Positions 38,031-47,992 of a DNA stretch of 59,132 bases are shown here, in pieces; the first letter of the stretch is position 1; each line of letters begins with the position of its first letter. Made by a program: the position numbers and the translations under genes. Origin of the DNA: Fibrobacterota bacterium (GTDB taxonomy: Bacteria; Fibrobacterota; Fibrobacteria; UBA11236); assembly GCA_043753995.1 (NCBI GenBank), contig JAYUVP010000234.1, forward strand, positions 1 through 59,132, in the 5' to 3' direction. The notes below the pieces were generated by a model. The model did not search any database and was not told the origin of the DNA. It saw only the letters and a program-made list of their open reading frames with translations.

Positions 38031-38845
38031 TGCGCCTTGGGTATAGGTTGGAGAGAAGCTGGCGCATTGTCGGCACGGGCCTGGCCATACTCGCCTTGCT
38101 TTGGGGCGGCCTATTTCTCGCTACCAGTGTTGTGCCCTTCATCCTGCTTTTCAGCCGTGACCCGGTAGCGCGCAAGCGCGGTGTCTTGGCCTTGGTTTCG
38201 GTTTCGCACCGGTTTTATATCCGTTGTATCGTTGTCTTCCGTGTCATCGAGCGATTCCGCGTCGCGGGCCGCGAGCATATTCCCTCCGGTCCTGCCCTTT
38301 TCATCGCCAATCATCCCACCATTCTCGACGTAGTCTCCCTGTTCAGCCAATTGCCCAAGGCGAGTTGCGTGGTGCGCAGTGATTTGAGGCGCCATCGCTT
38401 TTGGGGCGGGCTGGTGAGGGCGGCGGGCTATATACCCAATGACGATGGCCCGCAAATGATCGAAATCGCGAAAGAGCATTTCGCGGAAGGGTTTTCGCTC
38501 ATTGTCTTTCCCGAAGGAACGCGGTCGCCGGCCAATGCCCTTTGGCCTTTTCGACTGGGCGCTGCCCGCATCGCCCTGCATACCGGAGTACCTATAATAC
38601 CTGTAACGATTCGCGCTGAACCTGGCTTTCTCCGCAAGCATGAGCCCTGGTGGCATGTTCCGGATAAAAGGGCGATCTTCGACGTCACTTTTCATCCTGC
38701 CATGGAATGGCCCAATGCCAACGGCGCCGAAGTCGGCGATCCCCTTCGGGTCCGGCGTTTGACCCGGGCCATGGAATCCTTTTATCAATCGCAACTTGGC
38801 CTGCCTATGAAAGCCGGCAAAACCGGGGTCTTGTCCCATGCTTGA
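38027..38845 (+). CDS. Lysophospholipid acyltransferase, PlsC family (ApeD-like)
   Basis: ANHPTILD (HX4D) and FPEGTRS motifs. Confidence 0.9.
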   Translation: MMRLGYRLERSWRIVGTGLAILALLWGGLFLATSVVPFILLFSRDPVARKRGVLALVSVSHRFYIRCIVVFRVIERFRVAGREHIPSGPALFIANHPTILDVVSLFSQLPKASCVVRSDLRRHRFWGGLVRAAGYIPNDDGPQMIEIAKEHFAEGFSLIVFPEGTRSPANALWPFRLGAARIALHTGVPIIPVTIRAEPGFLRKHEPWWHVPDKRAIFDVTFHPAMEWPNANGAEVGDPLRVRRLTRAMESFYQSQLGLPMKAGKTGVLSHA

Positions 38846-39911
38846 AAATCAAAGCAAAGAAATGAAAACCGCCTTAGAGGCCCAGCGCGATGCTCAAGCC
38901 CTCGGCCTGGCGCCTTTCGCTTTTCAAGCGGCAAAATGCGCCCGTGATATGGGTTTATTGAATGCCTTGGACAAGGCCGCCAAAGGTCTTCGCTGCGACG
39001 AGGCGGCGACGCAATGCCGCGTGACGCCCTATTCCGCGCAAGTATTGCTCGAGGGCTGTTTAGCCGCCGGTCTCGTGCTTTCCAATGAGGATGGCGTGTA
39101 TCGGCTTTCCAAAACCGGTTGGTTTTTGCTGCATGATGAAATGGCCCGCGTGAATATGGATTTCACCCAGGACGTTTGTTATCAAGGCCTATTTCATTTG
39201 CAGGATTCTCTCACGAGGGAGCGTCCCGAAGGCTTGAAAACCCTGGGGCCATGGCCGACGATTTATCAGGGACTGATGCAATTGCCCGAAACCATTTTGC
39301 GCAGTTGGCTGGCCTTCGATCATCACTATTCCGATTCGGCCTTCGACGAAGCCTTGATACCCCTCTTGCGCTCAGGCCCTAAAAGCTTGGTGGATGTGGG
39401 CGGCAATACAGGCAAGTTTTCCTTGCGTGCCCTCCGCGCCTCGCCCGAATTGAAGGTGACCTTGGTGGATTTGCCCGCGCAATGCCGCGCCGCCGAAGCC
39501 AATGTCGCCGCGCAAGGCTTTGCCTCCCGCTTTCAAGCGATGACCCAGGATGTCCTCGACGTCACATCCGAGCTACCCAAGGGCCGGGACGCCATTTGGA
39601 TGAGCCAATTCCTCGATTGCTTTTCCGAACCGCAAGTCCTGGCACTGATGGCCAAGGCCAAGGCGGCCATGAACCCGCAGACCTCTTTCTGGATATTGGA
39701 GCCCTGCTGGGATCACCAGCGCTGGGAAAGCGCGGCCATTTGCCTGCAATACCTATCGCTTTATTTCACGGCCATGGCCAATGGCAATAGCAAAATGTTC
39801 AAAGCCACCGATTTGGAGCGCATGTTGGCGCAATCCGATTTGAAGGTAGTCGCGGTTCACCGCGAATTGGGCCTGGGTCACACCCTGTGGGAGTGCCGGC
39901 TAGCCCAATAA
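38838..39911 (+). CDS. SAM-dependent O-methyltransferase (ApeB-like)
   Basis: VDVGGNTG, DLP, WMSQFLDCFS and YFTAMANGNS motifs. Confidence 0.9.
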   Translation: MLENQSKEMKTALEAQRDAQALGLAPFAFQAAKCARDMGLLNALDKAAKGLRCDEAATQCRVTPYSAQVLLEGCLAAGLVLSNEDGVYRLSKTGWFLLHDEMARVNMDFTQDVCYQGLFHLQDSLTRERPEGLKTLGPWPTIYQGLMQLPETILRSWLAFDHHYSDSAFDEALIPLLRSGPKSLVDVGGNTGKFSLRALRASPELKVTLVDLPAQCRAAEANVAAQGFASRFQAMTQDVLDVTSELPKGRDAIWMSQFLDCFSEPQVLALMAKAKAAMNPQTSFWILEPCWDHQRWESAAICLQYLSLYFTAMANGNSKMFKATDLERMLAQSDLKVVAVHRELGLGHTLWECRLAQ

Positions 39912-39929
39912 TCCGGATTGATTCGAGTT

Positions 39930-39950
39930 GCGGAGCCCGAACGGCTCCGC
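39930..39950. terminator. GC hairpin between convergent operons
   Basis: GCGGAGCC-CGAAC-GGCTCCGC; no strong U-tract on either side. Confidence 0.5.
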
Positions 39951-39960
39951 TGCTTCTATT

Positions 39961-40959
39961 CTACTTGCGTGAAGCTTCGGTTTCTTTGATTTTTTTGGCG
40001 TCCTCAATGAGGGTGCGCGTGCGCCGGATATCCTTGTCGTATTTCGGCTTTCCGCTCAATTGTTTTGCCTCTTCGAATTTGGCGAGAGCGGCGGGCAAAT
40101 CCCCTTGCGATTCATGGTATATGCCCAGATTATAAACGGAGGCGATTTTGTCGGCTGCTTCGCCTTGTTCTCCCGCCGTCTTCCAATGACTTACGGCTTC
40201 ATCCCATTGGCCAACCTTGGCAGCCTTATTCCCCGCCTTGATGTCGGCTGATTTTCCCTTTTCAAAAGTGCGGGTCTCATACACAAAATAGGGGGCGATT
40301 TTTTGAACGGTGGGTTCTTGCGCATTCAGAATGGCTTGACGAACCACCTTTTCCCATGGGGTAACATGGTTACGCGCGTCATTTTCGGTTTCCTTCTTGG
40401 TGACCACGGTCGCCATGCCAATGGCCTCGCTGGTTCCAATCATCTCGCCGGAATGACGCTTAACATTGAAGCGAATGGTGGCCTTGGCCTTGCGGGTCAT
40501 TTCATACCACTTCTCGATTTTTCCGTCGCTGTTCTTCTCTTCTTGGGCTTCTCCTTCGTCTTCGACTTCGTAGTAAACCGTTCCTGAAATTACTGCATCA
40601 CTCGGCTTGTCGCTCTTGCCGTCATTGATTTCAAAAAAGGCATTCTTGAAAAAGGCGGCTTGTAAACCCTGCAAGTGATCCGCTTGCAAAGCCGGATGTT
40701 TGCTTTCTCCCAATTTATTCGCCCCCGCACCCGCGGCGGCATTGACCAGGGAGCCAAGCATGCTATTGCTTGAGTTCACCAAATTGAGATTCAAATCACC
40801 GGAAACTGAAAAAGGTTCAAGCTTCAGGGATTTTACTCCCGGCAGGTTCAACTCAGGCGCGCGCTGAATTTTTAAGCGAACGCTGGTCGAGCAGCCTGCG
40901 AAAAAGGTGCCGACGATAGCGATAAAAACAAAGCGAATCAAGATCGACGGATTGAACAC
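39961..40959 (-). CDS. Lipoprotein with C-terminal TPR
   Basis: Probable GTG start at 40959; lipobox FFAGC; TPR-like YNLGIYHESQGDLPAALAKFEEA. Confidence 0.75.
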   Translation of the reverse strand: MFNPSILIRFVFIAIVGTFFAGCSTSVRLKIQRAPELNLPGVKSLKLEPFSVSGDLNLNLVNSSNSMLGSLVNAAAGAGANKLGESKHPALQADHLQGLQAAFFKNAFFEINDGKSDKPSDAVISGTVYYEVEDEGEAQEEKNSDGKIEKWYEMTRKAKATIRFNVKRHSGEMIGTSEAIGMATVVTKKETENDARNHVTPWEKVVRQAILNAQEPTVQKIAPYFVYETRTFEKGKSADIKAGNKAAKVGQWDEAVSHWKTAGEQGEAADKIASVYNLGIYHESQGDLPAALAKFEEAKQLSGKPKYDKDIRRTRTLIEDAKKIKETEASRK

Positions 40960-41116
40960 AAGGCCCCCAAGGGTTTTAGGTAAAAATGCGCAAAGGAAAA
41001 GACGGTCGGTAATAGTAGAATTCCAAAGCCAATCGTCCATTCAAGCTCAAATGGGAAATCAATTCCTGCCGGCCGCCGCAACCGTTCTCCCCTGAACGAT
41101 TACCGCGGGATTCGAA

Positions 41117-41746
41117 TCAAGGTTTCGCCAACTCCCTGCATGCACTCATGGCCATCCTTTGCGGGCCTTGGCTATGCACCTCGACTTGCCATCTTTCGCT
41201 TACTGAGCTTCGCCGCAACCAAGCTGTGAGCCCATCGTGGCTGCGGCCTAGGCTCAAACTGTCGCGGCCAGAAGGCGCTATCCAGGTTTCCAGCGAGTCG
41301 GTTTGAAGGCGACGCCAAGTCGCGCCGAGCAATCGCGCGAGGCTGTCGGAAGGTTGGCGAAGTAATAGGAAGTCTCCTGCCAAGCGATGCGGCTTCCAAG
41401 GCATGCCAGAGAACAAAGCCTGCTTGATATACTGCTTGTCACCTTGCCAATGACCTTCGAAAACGACACGGCCAAAAGGGCCAAGGCCAATGGCCGACAA
41501 TCCGTTTTCGGTTTGTTCGAAGTGCAGGCCTAGGGAATAAGGCTTGGTTTGAGTGGTGTCTGCATCCAGAGATCGAAAGGAAATCCAGCCGTCTTCGACC
41601 AGGCAAGAGTCGCTGGCGACCAGCCATATTGCGGGAATAGGAGGTTCACCGGCAAGCGATTCAAATCGGGGCACGGACGATGCGCAACCGATCAAGGCCA
41701 GCAGGGCGATGCCGCTCCAGGCGGACAGCAAAAACAAATTTTTCAC
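41117..41746 (-). CDS. Lipoprotein, DUF3261-like (ApeN-like)
   Basis: Lipobox LIGC; AIGLGPFGRVVF and LAGDFLL motifs; directly downstream of the MMPL exporter as in APE clusters. Confidence 0.65.
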   Translation of the reverse strand: MKNLFLLSAWSGIALLALIGCASSVPRFESLAGEPPIPAIWLVASDSCLVEDGWISFRSLDADTTQTKPYSLGLHFEQTENGLSAIGLGPFGRVVFEGHWQGDKQYIKQALFSGMPWKPHRLAGDFLLLRQPSDSLARLLGATWRRLQTDSLETWIAPSGRDSLSLGRSHDGLTAWLRRSSVSERWQVEVHSQGPQRMAMSACRELAKP

Positions 41747-44067
41747 TTGGGCTGTTCCCGTTGGCTAAGCCCATGAGTGACCCACGGCGCCGTCAGCAAA
41801 AAGAAAAGGATGCCGGAGGATAAGAGTACCGCGAATTGACGCAGGGCCGGCGTCGTGCTGAAAATGAGAAGACCATAGGAAATGAGGGTTGTCGTGGCAG
41901 TAAGTAAAATAGCGCCCCAGGTTTGCGCCGCTCTCTCGGGTGCCGTATCGCTGAGATAAATCAAATAGTCCACCCCCATGCCCAGAGCCAGGACCAAACC
42001 CATGAGCCCGAAAAACTGCAATCCCTCGGAAGACCAACCGGCCGCGCCCAAAATCATGGTTGCGACCAGGCCCACGGCCAGGCCGAGACGCAAGCCTCGC
42101 TTCCATCCATAGCGCTTGCACATCAAGGCGGCGATGAGGACATAGGCCAAGAGGCTAAGGACTTGGGCATGGCGCCGCAAGTGACCGACCAAGTCGTCGA
42201 GATCGCCTTGCTGATTGACCCAGGTGACGCCAGCTATGTCGGCCCCGGGCAGGGGATGGTTTTTCACGTCGCGCAACATCACTTGCAAGCGCCACCCTGT
42301 GGGCAAGGAGTCCACCGTGAGCATATCGCGCAGAAAATCAGCCTGGGTGGATTGCCAAACCGGAGATGGGTCAAGGGGCGACGTCACTTGCAAGTGACGT
42401 CGCAGGGTGTCTAGTCCGTCGGGGTCATAGCCCAGTTGCACCAATCGCTCCGCGATCTCGGGCACGACGCTGAGGCGCAAGAGATTTTCGCGGAAGTTTT
42501 CTTGCCTTTGTCGGCTCGGCAAAAAGGCACTGAGGCCAATCCAGTTTTTGCCTTCAGCCTTGGGCTGGGCACTCGCCGCGGTGGCGGAATCGAGAAGGCG
42601 CGTCAGAGCCTCTTCGCGTTGCAAGGCGATTTCCAAGGTGGGCCCGCTCACCAAATAAAAGGCAGAAGCCGAAGGCGCCGAAAAGGCTTGACGTAGCAAG
42701 CTGTCTCCTGCGAGCAAGGCAGGTTCGGGCGGTTGCCAGGATTTAAGCGAGTCGCGGGATTGCATTTGCGGCAGTCCTGCCCAAAGGCCGAGCACCAAAA
42801 CCCCCACCACGATCACGGCCCAGGGTCGACGTGAAATTTGCCACAGTTTATCGGCAAGTCGAGAAAACCATGAGGCGGGCGGGCGTCCGGTTTTTTGCAG
42901 GGAAAGGATCAAAGGGAAAAACCCCCAAATGCAAAGAAAGGCGGTGATGAGGCCGGTGACGCAGAAAAAGGCCATTTCCTTCAGGGCAGGGAAGGGCGAA
43001 GAGGCGAGGGCGGCGTAGGAAAGCACGGTGGTGCCCAAGGCCCAGCCCTGCGAGCGTGCATGTTTGGCCGCTTCTCCCGGGGCCAGCAAGGATCCGGCGC
43101 GACGCAAAAAGAAAAACAGGATGGCATAATCGACGCTGACGCCGATGAGGGTGCTGCCCACCACGAGGGTGATGAGTTGCAATCCGCCGAAGAGGGCATG
43201 GGTCAAGACGGCGGCGCCGAAAAGCCCGAGGCCTATGGCCGATAATCCCAGGAGCAATTCTGCGGCGCTCCCGAATACCGCCAGTAGCAGGACGGTTACC
43301 CCGGCTAGCGATCCTAGGGTGATAAGATTGAGTTCGCTTTCGGTGCGGCTGCGCCCCGCTTCGGCATAGAGGGTCAAGCCTTGGGCGATGATTTTCACGC
43401 CCAGGCGCTGTGCCAGGGAATCGCTTTGGCTCAGGAAGGCTTTAGTTTTTTCCTGCAAGGGCGCATCGAAAGGATTTCCCAGAAGGCGGGCCTTCACCAA
43501 GATCCAAAAGCCGTCTTCGCGCTGCACGCAGGGATAAGGCCCGCAAGTGCCGACTCCGCCGGAATGGGCTTGCAAGGACATAAGCCAATCAGGGAATTGA
43601 AACCAGGGATCTTGCTTCAAATTGCCTGAAGGTAAAATCGGAGCATAGAGCCTTTCGCGCAAATGGATCAGCAAGGCGGCGGTATCTTGCCTTTGCGCGA
43701 GGGTTTCCAAATCGCGAGAGGGAAGTACCAGGCGATGTTCCCACCAAGTTTTCCCAAGCGCGCCAGCGGGATTCGTCGCGGTGTCTCCGGACTTGGCGCT
43801 TTGCAACCAATCCGCGTTTTTGCGAATCGCCAGAGTGAGGCTGTCGGCCGCGCGCAATGCTGACTCTTCGTCTTGCGCGCGAACCCCAAAGATCAACAAG
43901 GGGCCTTTTTGCGCCGCCAAATCCTTCAGGGCATGGGTGGCTTCCGTATCGGGAAGCAAGTCCAAAAGATTGGATCGAAAATGGAGGCCGCGCTGGGCAA
44001 CCCAAATCGTAGCTATGGCAATCAAGGCGAGCCATAGCAGGCCGCCGCCTAATAAGCGACGATTCAT
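41743..44067 (-). CDS. MMPL/RND-like exporter (ApeM-like)
   Basis: NLLDLLP, LIGVSVDY, LGMGVDY and STTPAL; two TM bundles. Confidence 0.9.
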   Translation of the reverse strand: MNRRLLGGGLLWLALIAIATIWVAQRGLHFRSNLLDLLPDTEATHALKDLAAQKGPLLIFGVRAQDEESALRAADSLTLAIRKNADWLQSAKSGDTATNPAGALGKTWWEHRLVLPSRDLETLAQRQDTAALLIHLRERLYAPILPSGNLKQDPWFQFPDWLMSLQAHSGGVGTCGPYPCVQREDGFWILVKARLLGNPFDAPLQEKTKAFLSQSDSLAQRLGVKIIAQGLTLYAEAGRSRTESELNLITLGSLAGVTVLLLAVFGSAAELLLGLSAIGLGLFGAAVLTHALFGGLQLITLVVGSTLIGVSVDYAILFFFLRRAGSLLAPGEAAKHARSQGWALGTTVLSYAALASSPFPALKEMAFFCVTGLITAFLCIWGFFPLILSLQKTGRPPASWFSRLADKLWQISRRPWAVIVVGVLVLGLWAGLPQMQSRDSLKSWQPPEPALLAGDSLLRQAFSAPSASAFYLVSGPTLEIALQREEALTRLLDSATAASAQPKAEGKNWIGLSAFLPSRQRQENFRENLLRLSVVPEIAERLVQLGYDPDGLDTLRRHLQVTSPLDPSPVWQSTQADFLRDMLTVDSLPTGWRLQVMLRDVKNHPLPGADIAGVTWVNQQGDLDDLVGHLRRHAQVLSLLAYVLIAALMCKRYGWKRGLRLGLAVGLVATMILGAAGWSSEGLQFFGLMGLVLALGMGVDYLIYLSDTAPERAAQTWGAILLTATTTLISYGLLIFSTTPALRQFAVLLSSGILFFLLTAPWVTHGLSQREQPK

Positions 44068-44687
44068 GGGACAGGTGAAAAGTGAATCAAGGTCGACCCA
44101 CCTTGCACTTCACGCACTTCGACCCGACGCAGCAAGGTATCGCCTTCAATGCGGATGTCGGCAATCATTTTCGCCATCAGTCCCCGCGGTTGCAATTGCA
44201 ATTTCCAGCCTTGTGGAAGCTTGGCCCAACGTGCATCGAATTGGGTGGCCGCTGCCTTAAAGTCCCCGGAAAATAAAGTCGAAAGCGAGGTCAATATTCC
44301 CTTGGCAAAAGGCTGATTGGCTCCGAAGCGACGCACTTGGCCATCAGGAAGTTTTTCTTCGATGCCTTCCTTGCTGATGCGCATGGAGCGGGCAAAGGGT
44401 TTTTCTTGGTCGAAGCGCAAGGCCCCTCCGCCTTCTCGGCGAAAAATCCCCGAACTCTGCATGGGTAGGCGTAAACCAGGAACGGTGCGCGCTTGCTTAA
44501 AGGCAGCAGTGAAATTGCTATCGGCTTTCCAGCGCCTGGCGAGGTCAGCGAGTGGAGCGGGCAAAGTATCCGGCGATACGGGTAAAAGCTTAGGCTCCGT
44601 GGCCTGAACGGCTAGCGGGAGGAGAGTTAGGGATAAGGCAGCGAGGGCGGTGGCCCAAAGGGAAAGACGAAGCGGAGGTCGATTCAT
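44064..44687 (-). CDS. LolA-like periplasmic carrier (ApeL-like)
   Basis: Signal peptide; FKQ.R...L..P..SSG.F, QEKPF and WKLQLQP motifs. Confidence 0.85.
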   Translation of the reverse strand: MNRPPLRLSLWATALAALSLTLLPLAVQATEPKLLPVSPDTLPAPLADLARRWKADSNFTAAFKQARTVPGLRLPMQSSGIFRREGGGALRFDQEKPFARSMRISKEGIEEKLPDGQVRRFGANQPFAKGILTSLSTLFSGDFKAAATQFDARWAKLPQGWKLQLQPRGLMAKMIADIRIEGDTLLRRVEVREVQGGSTLIHFSPVP

Positions 44688-44688
44688 T

Positions 44689-45261
44689 TTAGTGGGCTTG
44701 CTTGGCTTGTACGCGCTGGCGTATCCAAAATTCGCCGCCAGCCATCAAGGCCAGGAGAACATAACAAAGCCCGCCATTATAAGCCGCCCAAATATCCCGG
44801 TCTCCATGCCATGCCGTAGCTGCAGCGATGAGGCCATTGAGGACAAAGAAAAGGCACCAGGCAACCGTGGCTTTGCGACAGTAGGCCACGGCCTCGGGCG
44901 TTAATTGCCCGTGCTTGAGGCGGGCAAAGGCTTCCGCCACGCTGGGGCCGCGCTTCAGGCTAAAGGCAAAATAGGCGAGCAATAAGGCATTGGTCAGGGC
45001 CGGGCTCCAGAGTAAAAAACCCGCGTGTCCGGTGACCGCGGTAAGCAAGGAAACGGATAGGGGGATGGCCGCCAGGCTCAGCCCCATGCGGGCCGCACCG
45101 CCGCGCCGAATCCATGGCAGGCGTAAGGCGACCAGGATCACAAGCAAAAACCCGGTAGCCCTGGGCGATCCATGCTTGAGTCCGAGCCAAGCGATGAGGG
45201 GGTACAAGGCCAGGGCGGCTATGCCCACGGCCGAAACCAAGGCGGGAAATAGGCGCTTCAA
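44689..45261 (-). CDS. COG4648-type membrane protein (ApeG-like)
   Basis: YP, FARL, YCRKAT.AW, FF.LNG, W..YNG and GEF..R motifs. Confidence 0.85.
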   Translation of the reverse strand: MKRLFPALVSAVGIAALALYPLIAWLGLKHGSPRATGFLLVILVALRLPWIRRGGAARMGLSLAAIPLSVSLLTAVTGHAGFLLWSPALTNALLLAYFAFSLKRGPSVAEAFARLKHGQLTPEAVAYCRKATVAWCLFFVLNGLIAAATAWHGDRDIWAAYNGGLCYVLLALMAGGEFWIRQRVQAKQAH

Positions 45262-45776
45262 TCAAGAACCGATGAGACCTTGCCGTCCGTGAAGGTAACC
45301 AATTGTGTATCGTATCGTGATGGCCAATATTTCCAGTTGTCTTCTTCCAGCGAAGGCGTTTGGTGGCCGGGTGGATAGCCCACCGAGGCGATGACTTCGG
45401 CCTTGGTCATGCCCACGGCGACCTTGCCGACCTTGATGGTATCGAGAAAGGCCGGATTGAAGGACGCTAAATTGATTTTCTCGCGAGAGAGATATCGGCT
45501 GAAAATACTATCGATGGAAACGCGGGAGAATTTTTGCTGGTTTTCGATTTTGATTTCCGTTTGCGTACCCTGATCTTGAATGATAAAGGCATTCCTGCCT
45601 TTTTTGACCAGAGTCACCGGAGTTCCCACGGGGACATGCTCGCCACGCCGATAGTTCAAGGTGAGATGGCGGCCCTTTTCGAAGTAAAAACCGACCTTGG
45701 TATAAAACAAGTCGGCTTCCTCGGCCCAGGCCGAGGACAATAGGGTCAAGATGCCAAGGAAAAGAATGCGAATCAT
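45258..45776 (-). CDS. Exported protein with SmpA/BamE-like C-terminal motif
   Basis: Signal peptide MIRILFLG; GMTKAEVIASVGYPP..TPSL...WKYW; stop overlaps the next start. Confidence 0.7.
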   Translation of the reverse strand: MIRILFLGILTLLSSAWAEEADLFYTKVGFYFEKGRHLTLNYRRGEHVPVGTPVTLVKKGRNAFIIQDQGTQTEIKIENQQKFSRVSIDSIFSRYLSREKINLASFNPAFLDTIKVGKVAVGMTKAEVIASVGYPPGHQTPSLEEDNWKYWPSRYDTQLVTFTDGKVSSVLD

Positions 45777-45836
45777 GAATGGCCTCTCTCCGGTGGAGAA
45801 GCCCAAAAAATAATTCGGCGGAAGGGTGACCCTGGG

Positions 45837-46760
45837 TCAGGCGAGCAAACCTGCCGTGATAGGAGCCGGTTCATTGCGCCAAACCACCGGCCTATGGGCC
45901 TTCAGCCAAGCATAGAGGCTTATGGGAGTGATGCCGGCCAGGACAAAACCATCGACCCCGAGACCCTTATCTCCCACGCTTTCCAGATATCTCCAGTTTT
46001 GCAGGATTTTCATGCGGCGAGTATCTCGGTTCCACCGGGCGAGTGTTGCTGATAACCAATAGGGCGAGGTTGCGACCTTGATTTCGGGATGCAAGGTCGC
46101 GCAATACCGATGCAAGGCGGCTTTGAGGGAAAGCGCTTCAGGGCCCTGGGCTAAGAGGATTTTACCCAAGCCCAGACTTGTAGATAGGGGTGTTTCATAG
46201 AGGCGGGCAATGAGGCGCGCGACATCGTCTCCGGCGACCCAACGAAATGCTTTCGCGCTTGAACCCGGAATGCGAATCTTGCTGGGTCTTATCCATTGGG
46301 CGAGCGAATCCATGATCGGTCCCGAGCGGACAATGGCAAAAGGTTGTCCACTGAGTTGTAGCATTTGCTCGGCTTGGGTCCGGCCCTCCACATCCCGAGA
46401 TTGGGCTGCTTCACGATGAATGGACGCTTGGGAAAGTAGGGTAATGCGACGCCAATTCGCCTTTCGGCTCAAGGTCAGCACATTTTCCATGGCCTGAAGG
46501 GCTAGAGTGGAACCGCCCGTATTGGCCCGCAAATCGGAATCCTCGGGCAAGTTGATATGGACGGCATGGCAATGGGCCAAGGCTTGGGTCAAGGCCGGCA
46601 AATCGCGCACATCGGCGGTCATGCCGTGGATTTGCGGCCATTCTGACCAAGGGCGAATCGGGACATTGCGGGCAATGACCCGGACCGTATGCCCTTGGCG
46701 TGCAAAAGCCTTGGCCACATGGCTACCCAGTAATCCAGTTCCTCCTATCACGGCAATCAT
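45837..46760 (-). CDS. NAD(P)-binding atypical SDR / NmrA-like oxidoreductase
   Basis: MIAVIGGTGLLG Rossmann motif, AEQML, DDVA and GPEALS. Confidence 0.8.
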   Translation of the reverse strand: MIAVIGGTGLLGSHVAKAFARQGHTVRVIARNVPIRPWSEWPQIHGMTADVRDLPALTQALAHCHAVHINLPEDSDLRANTGGSTLALQAMENVLTLSRKANWRRITLLSQASIHREAAQSRDVEGRTQAEQMLQLSGQPFAIVRSGPIMDSLAQWIRPSKIRIPGSSAKAFRWVAGDDVARLIARLYETPLSTSLGLGKILLAQGPEALSLKAALHRYCATLHPEIKVATSPYWLSATLARWNRDTRRMKILQNWRYLESVGDKGLGVDGFVLAGITPISLYAWLKAHRPVVWRNEPAPITAGLLA

Positions 46761-46829
46761 GAAGCGCTCCCAGGGAAAACACCAGGTTAGACTTCAGTGA
46801 AAGCATAGAGGTAACTGGGCTTTTCAGTT

Positions 46830-47078
46830 TCAACCTCGACAGTCGCGGCGATAGCGCTCGTCCGCACGGAGGAGGTTCGCCTTGCGATTCTGCAATTCCT
46901 GGGTTTGTTCTTCAGTCACCTCGGCTGATGTCAAATCCTCGTCAATGCGCTGCAATTCCAACTGATGCTTTTGCAATTCTCCGCAAGGATCATAGGCGCT
47001 CTGCTTTTGGTGATGATTCGGCGCGCAGGCCGTGAGTAAAATCACGAAGACCGAGAAAACACAGGCGAAGCTTCGCAT
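46830..47078 (-). CDS. Small lipoprotein
   Basis: AGGAG RBS; lipobox LLTAC; helical with a further Cys pair. Confidence 0.7.
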   Translation of the reverse strand: MRSFACVFSVFVILLTACAPNHHQKQSAYDPCGELQKHQLELQRIDEDLTSAEVTEEQTQELQNRKANLLRADERYRRDCRG

Positions 47079-47089
47079 ACAAGCTCCTT

Positions 47090-47992
47090 TCAGGTACTAT
47101 AAAACTTTTTCATGAGCCAAGGTCCGGGCAACATGAAGAGTAGCATTGCCAGCGCCGCTGGCCAGGGTGCCCCCGACGCCCATAGAGCCAACATGTCGAC
47201 CAGGGGGATGCAGCGCAGCAAGGCGCCAACCATGCGGCCGGTATTGCCGGGTTTGGGTTCCCGCCACAAGGCCCCCAGGGGTGGAGCCTGAAAATAGGCC
47301 ATGCCGCCCAAGGTTGCCACAATGCCCCACCAAGGGGCCAGCCCTCGAATTCCCACCGTCACCCAAGCCCCGAACCAAAGGCCTAGCATAAAGAGAAAGG
47401 CGCGTACCCGCCCCCGGGCATTGCCCTGCACCTCATCGCGTGCGAGAAAGGTCACGGCAGCGATGTAAATACCCAAGGAAATCAGGCCGGCGCGCGCGCC
47501 GATTGAAAAGGCTTCCGTGCTTTGCGGCCAGGCCTGCCAATTGAGGGCCATGCCCGCCAAGAGATTGAGCGCGCGGCAAAGGCCCATGGCCAATGGCCCC
47601 AGCCAAGTGCCTTTGAGCACGAAATTGTAGAGGAAAATCGCGGCCATCAGGGCCAAGCCCACCCCTGCGGCGTAGACATTGGCCATGGCCTGCAGGGCAA
47701 GACCAAAGGCCAACATGCCAAGCGAAAGCATCCAGGCCGAGGGCAAGGAAATCGCTCCGCTCGGCAATGGGCGCTTAGGCCTTTCCTCGCGATCGACGCG
47801 AAGGTCGGCGACATCATTCAAAGCCATGCCGGCCATCAAAAACAAGCCCGCGGCGAGCATGCCCAAGGCCAGGGACGTCACCTCGGTGTGACCCCCGATA
47901 TACCAGCCCGCATAGGCATTGCCCAGCGAGCTGAACACCGTCGGTATGCGCACCAGAGAGAAAAAAGCCTTCCAGTTCATGTTTCGCTTCAA
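47090..47992 (-). CDS. eboC: UbiA-family prenyltransferase, EboC type
   Basis: LVRIP, ALNDVAD..VD.EERP.RPLPSG, YN..LK and MGLCRALNLL; coupled to eboF. Alternative start at 47980. Confidence 0.85.
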   Translation of the reverse strand: MKRNMNWKAFFSLVRIPTVFSSLGNAYAGWYIGGHTEVTSLALGMLAAGLFLMAGMALNDVADLRVDREERPKRPLPSGAISLPSAWMLSLGMLAFGLALQAMANVYAAGVGLALMAAIFLYNFVLKGTWLGPLAMGLCRALNLLAGMALNWQAWPQSTEAFSIGARAGLISLGIYIAAVTFLARDEVQGNARGRVRAFLFMLGLWFGAWVTVGIRGLAPWWGIVATLGGMAYFQAPPLGALWREPKPGNTGRMVGALLRCIPLVDMLALWASGAPWPAALAMLLFMLPGPWLMKKFYST

